Shown piece after piece: positions 1-9,426 of a stretch of 64,000 nt of DNA. A model generated the notes under the pieces. The model was given only the letters and a program-made list of their open reading frames with translations. It searched no databases and was not told the origin of the DNA. Within the stretch, counting starts at the first letter, position 1, and each line of letters opens with the position of its first letter. Position numbers and translations under genes: made by a program. The DNA comes from an uncultured Acidimicrobiia bacterium (GTDB lineage: Bacteria; Acidobacteriota; Terriglobia; Versatilivoradales; Versatilivoraceae), in assembly GCA_963786955.1 (NCBI GenBank), contig CAWBAT010000006.1:576001-640000 (forward strand), read 5' to 3'.

Positions 1-53
1 CCTTCTGGATGAGAGTTTCTTCCCGTTCCTGATACTTTCCAATTCCCTTCTCT

Positions 54-163
54 GAAGATGTGAAAGAATTGTAGCGGCGCTCTTTGAGCGCCGACGAATC
101 CATTGAAATAAATAGAACACGGCGGTCACAGACCGCCGCTACAACCGATTTTTTCACACCTCC
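54..163. mobile_element. MITE-like element: TIR shell enclosing a TGTAG...CTACA REP-like double hairpin
   Basis: Left end GAAGATGTGAAAGAATTG (54-71) versus reverse complement of right end GGAGGTGTGAAAAAATCG (146-163), 14/18 match. Internal hairpins cggcgctc-ttt-gagcgccg and cggcggtc-aca-gaccgccg. Same end type as 4447-4564. Confidence 0.65.
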
Positions 164-186
164 CGAGTCGGTCCGGGGGAATAAAT

Positions 187-717
187 TCATGCTCTGGCCG
201 AGAGTACTCCCCTGGTTGCGCCTAGAGCGGCATCATAATTCGGGTGGGAAGAAATTTCTTTGACATATTCGACGTAGCGAATCGTGTCTCTGGCATCAAT
301 AACAAAGATAGCCCGGCTGAGGAGTCGCAGTTCTTTAATGAGCGTTCCATAGGCCAGACCGAACGATGCGTCGCGGTGATCCGATAGTGTCTGCACGCGG
401 TCAACACCCGCTGCACCACACCAGCGCTTCTGGGCAAACGGGAGATCCATGCTCAGGGTTAAAATGACAACATTGTCCCCTAGACTCGCTGCCTCTTGAT
501 TAAAACGACGAGTCTGCATATCACAAACAGGGGTATCCAGCGAGGGAACCACGCTGAGCAAACGAACCTTGCCAGCCGAATCGGCGAGAGTTACGGGTTT
601 CAAATCGTTTGAAAGTACTGAGAAACCCGGTGCCTTGTCAGCTACCTTCAATTCCGACCCTACTGCGGTCAAGGGATTTCCTAAAAAAGTCACTGCTCCA
701 GGTCTTTCTTGCGGCAT
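187..717 (-). CDS. tpx: Thiol peroxidase (Tpx-type peroxiredoxin)
   Basis: Motifs VTFLGNPLT, VVPSLDTPVC, SMDLPFAQKRWC, LLSRAIFVID, HPNYDAAL. Start taken at MPQERPG, after a GGAGG-like SD. Confidence 0.93.
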   Translation of the reverse strand: MPQERPGAVTFLGNPLTAVGSELKVADKAPGFSVLSNDLKPVTLADSAGKVRLLSVVPSLDTPVCDMQTRRFNQEAASLGDNVVILTLSMDLPFAQKRWCGAAGVDRVQTLSDHRDASFGLAYGTLIKELRLLSRAIFVIDARDTIRYVEYVKEISSHPNYDAALGATRGVLSARA

Positions 718-793
718 CGATATGTCCTCCGTAAAAAAATTGAATTTGAAGTGGATCGTTATCTTTTTACTTTCCTGCAGAAAATGGAACATT

Positions 794-1025
794 CCCGGGG
801 CCAGCGGCCCCGGCTACAACTTCCTTGCTGTAGCTGGCCACATTGAGGCCGGTCCTTGTCCGGGGCCACCGACCTTGGCTACAATTCCTCAGCACTCGCT
901 GTAGCCGGCCTCGCTGAGGCCGGTCCTTGTCCGGGGCCAGCGCCCCGGCTACAACTTCATTGGCACATGCTGCAACCGGCCTCGCTGAGGCCGGCCTTGT
1001 CCGGGGCCAGCGGCCCCGGCACAAA
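794..1025. repeat. Tandem array of about 3.5 REP-like palindromic units (BIME-like)
   Basis: Unit approx. TGTAGCCGGCCTCGCTGAGGCCGGTCCTTGTCCGGGGCCAGCGGCCCCGGCTACA, separated by short variable linkers of about 10-17 nt. Another copy lies in the opposite orientation at 41680-41733. Confidence 0.85.
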
Positions 1026-2981
1026 CTACCCCTCTTCGTATTGCGCCTTCAACTTGGCTACCACCGAGGCATCCGCCAAGGTCGTGGTATCTCCGAGTGC
1101 TCTTCCTTCGGCGATATCTCGCAACAACCGTCGCATGATTTTGCCACTCCGTGTCTTGGGTAGCTCCGAAGTGAAAAAGATATTCTCAGGTCGGGCAATC
1201 GAACCTATTTTCTCCACAACGTGTTGTTTCAGATCCTTGATTTTTTCGGCAGTTCCAAGAACCCCTTCTTTTAGCGTCACAAAGGCCGCGATAGCCTCCC
1301 CCTTGATCTCGTCTCGTCTTCCGATGACGGCAGCCTCTGCCACTTCGTGGTGATCCACTAAAGCACTTTCCACTTCCATGGTACTGATCCGATGGCCCGC
1401 AATATTCATCACGTCATCAACGCGGCCCAGCAACCAATAATACCCGTGAGCATCACGCTTGCAGCCGTCTCCCGCGAAATACAGTCGGTTGTCAAATCGT
1501 TTCCAATAGGTTTCAACATATCGGGCGGGATCACCATAGATGGTTCGCGCCATAGCCGGCCAGGGATGCTTTAAAACCAGATATCCTCCTCCACCCAGAG
1601 GCACAGATTCCCCCGTTTCGTCCACAACGTCCGCCTGGATTCCGGGCAGAGGAAACGCTGCTGAGCCCGGTTTCGTCGTTGTCATTCCAGGCAACGGAGA
1701 AATCATGATCATTCCCGTTTCGGTTTGCCACCAGGTATCCACGATCGGGCAGCGCCCTTTTCCGATCACTTCGTGATACCACATCCAGGCTTCCGGGTTA
1801 ATAGGCTCTCCGACCGTGCCTAGTAATCTCAGGGTCGAAAGATCGCGCGCATTCGGGTATTTTTCCCCCCATTTCATAAAAGCCCGGATGGCCGTTGGCG
1901 CGGTATACAAGATCGTCACCGCGTATTTTTCGATCAACGCCCACCAGCGATCCTTATCCGGCCAATCCGGAGAACCTTCGTAAATGAGACAGGTGGTTCC
2001 GTTGGCAAGGGGTCCGTACACAATATAACTATGGCCGGTAACCCAGCCAATATCTGCCGTGCACCAATAGACATCTTCTTCTTTGATATCGAAGACCCAG
2101 CGATGAGTGGCGGAGGTCCCGACCAGGTAACCCGCAGTAGTGTGAAGGATTCCTTTCGGCTTGGCTGTAGTCCCAGAGGTATAGAGGATGAAAAGGGGAT
2201 CTTCCGCATCCATTGCTTCAGGCTCACAATAATTTGCCGAATCCGCCATCAGCCGGTGCCACCAATGATCCCGACCTTCCTGAACATGGATCGCCGCAGC
2301 ATCTCCGATTCTCTTCAAAAGAATAACGTTTTCAACGCAGGGGCATTCGGCAATGGCGGCATCCACATTACGTTTTAGGGGAACAATCTGTCCACGGCGA
2401 TAGCTTCCGTCCGCCGTTATAACGAGTTTGGATTGGGCATCGTTGATCCGATCGCGCAAGGATTCGGCGCTGAACCCACCAAAGACGACGCTGTGTGGCG
2501 CCCCAATCCGAGCACAAGCGAGCAACGCAATGGGAAGTTCCGGGACCATGGGCATGTAGACCGTCACCCGATCCCCTTTTTGAATGCCAAGCTTCTTCAA
2601 AACATTCGCAAACTTGTTCACTTCCCGGTACAGGTCACCGTAAGTCAAGACTCGTTCTTCACCGGTTTCGCCTTCCCAGATGATCGCGGCTTTATTCCGG
2701 CGCCAGGTCTTGGCATGCCGGTCCACACAGTTATCAGAGACATTGAGTTTTCCGCCGACAAACCACTTGGCAAAGGGCGCATTCCATTCCAAAACAGTTT
2801 CCCAAGGTTGAATCCAGTGCAAATCCTGGGCAACTTCCGCCCAAAAAGCCTGGAAATCCTGATTCGCTTTGGCATAAATGGAAGGGTCGACGAATTGGGC
2901 GGATTGCTTAAATTTTTCCGGAGCAGGAAAGATTCTCTCCTCGTCCAGCAATGCTTCAATCGGTTGATTCGGCGAAGTCAT
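1026..2981 (-). CDS. acs: Acetyl-CoA synthetase (AMP-forming)
   Basis: [38 protein letters not shown] motifs; full length about 650 aa. Confidence 0.96.
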   Translation of the reverse strand: MTSPNQPIEALLDEERIFPAPEKFKQSAQFVDPSIYAKANQDFQAFWAEVAQDLHWIQPWETVLEWNAPFAKWFVGGKLNVSDNCVDRHAKTWRRNKAAIIWEGETGEERVLTYGDLYREVNKFANVLKKLGIQKGDRVTVYMPMVPELPIALLACARIGAPHSVVFGGFSAESLRDRINDAQSKLVITADGSYRRGQIVPLKRNVDAAIAECPCVENVILLKRIGDAAAIHVQEGRDHWWHRLMADSANYCEPEAMDAEDPLFILYTSGTTAKPKGILHTTAGYLVGTSATHRWVFDIKEEDVYWCTADIGWVTGHSYIVYGPLANGTTCLIYEGSPDWPDKDRWWALIEKYAVTILYTAPTAIRAFMKWGEKYPNARDLSTLRLLGTVGEPINPEAWMWYHEVIGKGRCPIVDTWWQTETGMIMISPLPGMTTTKPGSAAFPLPGIQADVVDETGESVPLGGGGYLVLKHPWPAMARTIYGDPARYVETYWKRFDNRLYFAGDGCKRDAHGYYWLLGRVDDVMNIAGHRISTMEVESALVDHHEVAEAAVIGRRDEIKGEAIAAFVTLKEGVLGTAEKIKDLKQHVVEKIGSIARPENIFFTSELPKTRSGKIMRRLLRDIAEGRALGDTTTLADASVVAKLKAQYEEG

Positions 2982-3001
2982 AAGAAAGAGTCTCAGGGGA
3001 A

Positions 3002-4315
3002 TCAAATATACTCATTCAAAATATTTTCCAGCATTTCCACTCGACCCGAGCTATTGGGTGTCAGCGCCCCTTTTTGCATCACATATTGGCTCAATTGAGG
3101 AATGCCCATCTTCCCTGCCTCGATCTCTGCACCCATGCCGCTGTCCCAGCTGGAATAGCGTTCTCGTACAAATCTTTCCAGGATGCCATCCTTTCGAATT
3201 GCGGCAGCAATTTTCAGGCCGCGAGCAAAGGCATCCATTCCACCGATATGGGCATGAAAAAGATCAATGGGTTCAAAGCTCTCCCGCGCCACTTTGGCGT
3301 CAAAATTCAGGCCACCACTCTTAAACCCTCCAGCCTTCAATAGAGTCAGCATGGCAAATGTGGTGTCATAAAGATCGGTGGGGAACTGGTCTGTATCCCA
3401 GCCCAGGAACAAGTCCCCGCGATTGGCATCGATCGAGCCCAGCATCCCGAGGCTCGATGCAAATTCTAATTCATGCTGGAAAGTATGTCCCGCAAGAGTT
3501 GCGTGATTCGCCTCTATATTGAGCTTGAAATGGCTGACCAGGTTGTAATGTTGTAGAAAGGAATAACAGGCTGCGGCATCCGAGTCATATTGGTGCTTGG
3601 TGGGCTCCTTGGGCTTAGGCTCGATAAAAAACTGGCCAGTGAATCCGATTTGGCTCTTGTAATCGACAGCCATCTGAAGAAATCTGCCGAGGTGATCCAG
3701 TTCCCGTTTCATGTTGGTATTGAGCAGAGTTTTGTAGCCCTCGCGGCCACCCCAAAAAACATATCCCGACCCATTCAACTCTTGAGTAATTTCCATGGCC
3801 TTGGCAACCTGAGCGGCTGCAAACGCAAAGACATCGGCATTGCAGCTGGTTGCCGCTCCATGCATATAACGCGGATGGGAAAAAAGGTTTGCGGTTCCCC
3901 ACAACAATTTCAGGCCGGTCTTCTGCTGCTGCTCTTTCATGACCGTAACAACCGCATCCAGATTCTTGTTGGTCTCTGCCAACGTTTCTCCTTCAGGAGA
4001 CACATCCCGGTCATGGAAGCAATAGAAGGGAACGCCCAGCTTTTCCATAAACTCAAACGCGGCCCTGACCCGGTTCTGCGCATTCTCGACGGAATTGGAA
4101 CCGTTGTCCCACGGCATGAGTCGTGTTGGCGCTCCAAAAGGATCCGCATTCCCATTGCGAAAAGTATGCCAGTAAGCCACCGAGAAACGGAGATGCTCGG
4201 CCATCGTCTTTCCTTCAATCGTTTCACTCTCGTTATAGTGCTTGAACGAGAGAGGATTCTTAGATTGAGGCCCCTCGTAGCTGATTTTCTTGACCTCAGC
4301 GAAGACTTCTTTCAT
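3002..4315 (-). CDS. xylA: Xylose isomerase (class II)
   Basis: [51 protein letters not shown] motifs. Confidence 0.97.
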   Translation of the reverse strand: MKEVFAEVKKISYEGPQSKNPLSFKHYNESETIEGKTMAEHLRFSVAYWHTFRNGNADPFGAPTRLMPWDNGSNSVENAQNRVRAAFEFMEKLGVPFYCFHDRDVSPEGETLAETNKNLDAVVTVMKEQQQKTGLKLLWGTANLFSHPRYMHGAATSCNADVFAFAAAQVAKAMEITQELNGSGYVFWGGREGYKTLLNTNMKRELDHLGRFLQMAVDYKSQIGFTGQFFIEPKPKEPTKHQYDSDAAACYSFLQHYNLVSHFKLNIEANHATLAGHTFQHELEFASSLGMLGSIDANRGDLFLGWDTDQFPTDLYDTTFAMLTLLKAGGFKSGGLNFDAKVARESFEPIDLFHAHIGGMDAFARGLKIAAAIRKDGILERFVRERYSSWDSGMGAEIEAGKMGIPQLSQYVMQKGALTPNSSGRVEMLENILNEYI

Positions 4316-4335
4316 GAGGACTTCTCCTTAGAAAT

Positions 4336-4356
4336 TTGTGTTTCATACGAACATAA
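4336..4356. promoter_or_regulatory. Palindromic operator-like site upstream of xylA
   Basis: TTGTGTT-N7-AACATAA imperfect dyad, about 20 bp upstream of the xylA ATG. Confidence 0.45.
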
Positions 4357-4430
4357 TAAATAACATTGCAATTTCGGCACGCACCCCCCGTTAGTCTTCC
4401 CTTAGGCAAGCAGGAACCAAGTAAATCTCG

Positions 4431-4584
4431 TCCCCCCTTGCACAAGGAAGGTGTGAAGGATTGCGCCGGGTCGGTGACCCGGCCTACAAACCGGTGGCAA
4501 GCCCTTTGAAATCATTGTAGGCCGCGTGACCCCACGCGGCGTTTTCCAATCCTTTCACAGCTCCAGGGGGGCTTGAGGGGGGTG
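4431..4584. mobile_element. MITE-like element (4447-4564) nested in a poly-C/poly-G hairpin repeat
   Basis: Ends GAAGGTGTGAAGGATTG / CAATCCTTTCACAGCTCC, with AG on both flanks. Removing the element and one AG restores CCCCCCTTG-CA-CAAGGGGGG. Two internal REP-like hairpins. Confidence 0.75.
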
Positions 4585-4620
4585 AAGAATTAGCGGCAAA
4601 TCGCTTTTAATGCGTCTCCA

Positions 4621-6080
4621 TTAGTACTGCGGCATTGTAGGATCGACTTTTTTCGCCCAGCGGTCAATCCCACCCACCATATTTTTCACACTCCGGAATC
4701 CTGCCTTGCGCATTTGTCCGGCAGCCTTAGCGCTTCGTCCCCCCATCTTGCAATAGACTACAATCTCGGCATTCTTGTCGAGTTCATCCATTCGAGTGGG
4801 AATTTGCCCCAACGGGATGAGAATCGAATTCGCAATTCGGCAGATCTCGTATTCGTGAGGCTCGCGAACATCCAACATTTGGGGAGTGTCTCCATGCTCC
4901 ATTCGGGTCTTCAGCTCCTCTGGAGTAATTTCAAAAGAAGAATCTGCAGAGGTGGCGGCTACAACCGGCTGCGGGGTGATACCACAGAACTGGTCATAAT
5001 CAATCAAAGCCTTGATCGTCGGATTCTCTCCGCAGAGCAGGCACTTCGGATTCTTGCGCAGCCTCAGTTCACGAAACTTCATCTCCAGGGCGTCATACAG
5101 AACCAACCGACCGATCAGGGTTCTCCCCCTACCCAATATCAACTTCACCGCTTCAGTCGCTTGGATTAGGCCAATCGTGCCTGGGAGGATCCCCAACACG
5201 CCCCCCTCGGCACAACTAGGCACCAGGCCGGGAGGCGGAGGTTCCGGATAAAGGCAACGGTAACAAGGGCCTTCTCTCGCATAAAATACCGATGCCTGTC
5301 CTTCGAAGCGAAAGATGCTCCCGTAGACGTTCGGCTTATCCAGCAGGACACAAGCGTCATTGACCAGATAACGCGTCGGGAAGTTGTCCGTTCCGTCGAT
5401 GACGATATCGTATGGTCGAATAATATCGAGAGCATTGTCCGCCTTGAGCATGGTCTCGTAGGTGTCGACTTGAACAAAAGGATTGATTCCCAAGAATCTT
5501 TTCTTTGGCTGACTGGAGTTTCGGGCGACCCACATCGCGAGTGCTATGAATGACCTGCCGTTGCAGATTACTAAAATCGACGACATCAAAATCGACGAGT
5601 CCGATTCTCCCAATCCCTGCGGCGGCCAAATATAACCCCAGCGGCGCCCCGAGCCCTCCCGTGCCAATTAAAAGGACTTTCGCCGACTTCAATTTCTTCT
5701 GCCCGTCCACTCCGACTTCCGGCATAATCAGATGCCGGCTGTAGCGTTGAATTTCCTCGTTACTGAGTTCCGCCTGGGCAAAACTTTCTTCAATGGCCGG
5801 AAGTCCCCCTCCGGCAATGGAGGGGATAATACTAATCGTATCGCCTTCCTTGACTGGCGTGCTCTCTTCTTGCAGATAACGAATGTCTTCCTCATTCACA
5901 TAAACGTTGACGAAATTTCTCAGTTTGCCGTCATCCTTGAAAAGATGTTTCTTCAGTTCCGGGAACTTCGAGACTAGATCCGACATCACTTCGGCAACCG
6001 TCTTCCCTGACAAGTTGCACTTCGTCCTGATTCCCCACCAGATGACGAAGGGCCACTGGTAACAATACTCTTAAACCCAT
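4621..6080 (-). CDS. moeB: MoaD/CysO-like ubiquitin-fold sulfur carrier fused to MoeB/MoeZ E1-like adenylyltransferase-rhodanese (frameshifted, likely sequencing error)
   Basis: FVNVYVNEEDIR...IIPSIAGG continues in frame into RYSRHL, GTGGLG, SNLQRQ. After a frameshift near 5490: DGTDNF, CYRC, CAEGG, CLLC and rhodanese YCKMGGRS. ATG at 6080 with another indel near 6015-6040. Confidence 0.88.
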
Positions 6081-6176
6081 GTGTATCTCCTTCTAAAATA
6101 CATTCTCAATTTCCCAGATTCAGACTCAAAAGAATTCAACCTCAGAACCCTTGCGATAGTGGTTTCTAAATCGGTC

Positions 6177-6598
6177 TTATTCTATAACAAGCTCCTCCGG
6201 AACAAACTGGGAGCGATCATCGAGCATTGTCCAGCAAGTCAGATCTCCCGCCAGGCGGTCCTTTACGGAGACGATAATATAGGAATAAAAAGGCCAGGCA
6301 TGTTCCAAATCAAAAGGGAGGGCGGGCCTCGGCATTGGGGTGGGAATGGTAGAAGCCCAAAATATCCAGCTTTTTGCCACGCGCATATTGTTCTGCCTTA
6401 CGCACGGCGCTCGGAGGAATCAAAAAGCGATTGTACTGGGCTGCCTCCTCCCTGGCATTGCTGACCGGATAAGTTTCTGAAATCACTTTGTCCCATTGAC
6501 TAATGTTCCGAGCAACAGCCCACAACATTCTTGCGGGTACGAGATCTCCCCTTCCCTCCGAATCTGATCGATCTGGGAGGGGTCAGCCTAGCGAGCAT
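6177..6598 (-). CDS. JAMM/MPN+ (Mov34, Mec-like) metalloprotease, frameshifted
   Basis: Joined frames give YPQECCGLLLG ... GFYHSHPNAEARP..FDLEHAWPFYSYIIVSV, matching the JAMM E...HxH...D motif. Confidence 0.85.
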
Positions 6599-7519
6599 GC
6601 GATCCATCTCCCCAGAACCGTTCATTCAAGTATTTCATCCCGCCATCACAAAGAACCGTGACAACAACTCCAGATTTCAACGTCTTGGCAACCTGGAGAG
6701 CTGCTTCAACATTGCCTCCTGCCGAGATTCCCACAAGAAGGCCTTCTTCGCGCGCCAACCGGCGCACCATTTCTTGTGCAGACTCGGTTGAAACCTCAAC
6801 AATTGAATCAGCCAGCTGGGGATCGTAAATTGCAGGAACAAGCGAACTGCGCATGTGCTTCATTCCCTCGAGCCCATGCATTGGGGAATCCGGTTGCATC
6901 GCGACCAGATGAACCGCCGAATTCAATTCTTTGAGACGTCTTCCGCATCCGGTAAAAGTCCCGCTGGTACCCAACCCAGAACAAGATGGGTGATCCGCCC
7001 GTCTGTCTGGCGATAGATTTCCATGCGCAGTCGATTTGTAATGAGCCTTCCAATTTGCCGGATTGGAATATTGATCTGGATAAAAATAAGTTCTCCGGGC
7101 TCTCTGCGTATTCAGTTTCCGGGCCATGCGGATGGCTCCATCCGCTCCCTCCCGACTACTCGTCAGGATCAATTCTGCGCCATAGGCTTCCAGGATTCGC
7201 CGTCGTTCGAGCGAAATGTTTTCTGGCATTGCCAGACGCACTCTGATCCCGCAATCGCGCCAATCATCGCATACGCAATTCCCGTATTACCCGGAAGTCG
7301 CATCCAAGAGAACTTTTCCAGGAGTGAGTTTTCCCGCGGCTTGCCCTCAAGAATCATATTCAGAGCCGGACGATCTTTGACCGATCCTCCTGGATTAAAG
7401 TATTCGGCCTTGGCATAAATCTGTACCCCCGGGCATTGTTGGCTGATTTTTGAGAGAAAAACCAGCGGGGTGTTGCCTATGCGAAGCAACAGATCGGTTT
7501 CATTAAAGGTCTGAGCCAT
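6588..7519 (-). CDS. PLP-dependent cysteine synthase family protein (CysM/CysK-like), frameshifted
   Basis: IGNTPLV, KAEYFNPGGSVKDR (PLP Lys), GNTGIA, DQYSNPAN, GLGTSGT, EGLLVGISAG, CDGGMKYL across ORFs 7169-7534 and 6588-7241. Confidence 0.9.
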
Positions 7520-7852
7520 CGCCTCTCGAATCAAAACACTCCATCCTATTCATGGGATCAATCTTGACGCAAAAACAACTTCAAGATTACCATGAATCTC
7601 CACTTGCTCAAAATCTTAACGCTAAGAAATATCCCATTCAAACCAGTGGGGACCATTCTGGAAAAGAGGTCGACAGAAGCCTCGATGAAAGGGATTGTGA
7701 AAGGACGTCATTCTTGAAGCTAGCTGATAGGTTCTTTATTCCTCAGAGACATTGAATGGCTCTGTGGTAAAATTCCTCCGCTTTTGGAAGCTTTTAAGAC
7801 GTCTGCGAAACGTCCGGCAATTTATTTCAGCATTGATGGAGGATAGCGATTC

Positions 7853-8623
7853 ATGAAATCGAATCAATTTGATCTTTCGGGGAAGGTAGCCCTCGTGACA
7901 GGGGGAAGCAAGGGGCTAGGCAAGGCTATGGCACGCGGCTTGGCAGAGTTTGGGGCCGACATCATCATCAGCAGCCGTCATGAAGAAGAGTTGCAGGGAG
8001 CATTACGGGAAATCCTAGAAGGTACCGGGCGTCGTGGTACCTACGTGGTGGCTGATTTGGCTCAGCGCGAAGACGTCGATCGGCTGACGAGTGCCGCACT
8101 CCAGTTCATGGGCCGTATCGACATCTTGGTGAACAACGCAGGTTCCAATATCCTTTCCCCCATTGACAAGGTTCGAGACGAAGACTGGGACCGGATTGTT
8201 CAGTTGAATCTCAGCAGTTGTATGGCATTGACGCGGGCTCTGGTTCCCGCTATGAAAGAGCGGCACTGGGGTCGAATTATTCACATTTCCTCGGTGCTTG
8301 GCCTGGGCGGGAAGGAGGCACGAAATGCCTATTGTGCAACCAAGGCAGGTATCATTGGATTAGCCCGGGCGAGCGCCTTAGATCTGGGCCCTTACGGCAT
8401 AACCGTGAATTGTATCTCACCTGGAGCGTTCTTGACCGATCTGCCCTTGAGCCTGCTGTCGGATGCGGAAAAAAAGAAATTTACTGAGCGGACCGCCTTG
8501 GGACGCTGGGGTGAACCTCATGAACTCATGGGCCCGGTGCTCTTGTTGGCCAGCGATGCGGGCAGTTACATCACTGGAACTGCACTGGTCGTGGACGGAG
8601 GAGTCCTGGCCCATGCTCTCTGA
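7853..8623 (+). CDS. Short-chain dehydrogenase/reductase (gluconate 5-dehydrogenase/FabG-like)
   Basis: TGGSKGLG, NNAG, YCATK, VDGG motifs. Confidence 0.9.
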   Translation: MKSNQFDLSGKVALVTGGSKGLGKAMARGLAEFGADIIISSRHEEELQGALREILEGTGRRGTYVVADLAQREDVDRLTSAALQFMGRIDILVNNAGSNILSPIDKVRDEDWDRIVQLNLSSCMALTRALVPAMKERHWGRIIHISSVLGLGGKEARNAYCATKAGIIGLARASALDLGPYGITVNCISPGAFLTDLPLSLLSDAEKKKFTERTALGRWGEPHELMGPVLLLASDAGSYITGTALVVDGGVLAHAL

Positions 8624-8638
8624 AAGTCTGCAAGGGGA

Positions 8639-9292
8639 TTAGAATTTCTTAGGTTCAGGAAATACGTAGCAGAGCACGAGGTGAGTGGGCCAGTAGAGGA
8701 GAAGGTTGAGACTGAGCCAGATCAACATCACGTGCCAAAAAGCATTCCCCCAGAATTTTTGTAGGAGTGGGTCTTGAAAAACAAAGTTGATATTCTTGGC
8801 TGAATCGGCGAAACGGGAAAGGAATAAGAGGACGAGAGTGAGCGCCCCCTGCAATTTCCAACCTCGCCGGTCATACCCTAAGGAGAGTAATCCCCAAAGC
8901 AGAAGCAAAGGCAGGACAAAATGATAGAGGGACATGCAACGCACCCAAAGCGGAATTCGCGCGTCCTTCATATATTCGGTTCCGCCGAAAAGAGCGTGCC
9001 CTAGCACTAAATTATTCAAGAATTCGATAACCCATAAGAAATTTCCGAGAATCGCCACCAATGCCTGACTGGATAGCAGCAGAGGGCTTTCAAACAAGAA
9101 ACCAAGACACGACAAAAAAACCGCCACATTACAGAGATGAAGAAAATTGGCCCCTCCCCAGACGATCGAATAAGTCGGCAGCCAAACGACCAGCCAAAGC
9201 ACCGACAGCCACTTCATGAATCGGAAAGGACGCTCGCTATTTAGGTACATGCAAATGAGTCTAGCTCCATTGCCTTTGAGGAATGTATGCAA
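8639..9292 (-). CDS. Integral membrane protein of unknown function
   Basis: Several hydrophobic helices; conserved-looking LHLCN, GGTEYM, SLYH and NINFVF segments. Start uncertain. Confidence 0.65.
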   Translation of the reverse strand: MHTFLKGNGARLICMYLNSERPFRFMKWLSVLWLVVWLPTYSIVWGGANFLHLCNVAVFLSCLGFLFESPLLLSSQALVAILGNFLWVIEFLNNLVLGHALFGGTEYMKDARIPLWVRCMSLYHFVLPLLLLWGLLSLGYDRRGWKLQGALTLVLLFLSRFADSAKNINFVFQDPLLQKFWGNAFWHVMLIWLSLNLLLYWPTHLVLCYVFPEPKKF

Positions 9293-9426
9293 TTATCGCA
9301 CCATGGCGAAGTTGATGATTAGCAGTAATGGCCGAAGACAGTCCAGAATCATTGATGTCGAGATTTCTGACCCACCCAGGAGAATGCAGTAGCAACCCGA
9401 CTGTCGCTTGAATTAGAAAAGGTGGC

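Noticed and set aside
794-1025. Possible CRISPR array
   Set aside because: Units are about 55-bp degenerate double hairpins, linkers are only about 10-17 nt, a dispersed copy exists at 41680, and no cas genes are present.
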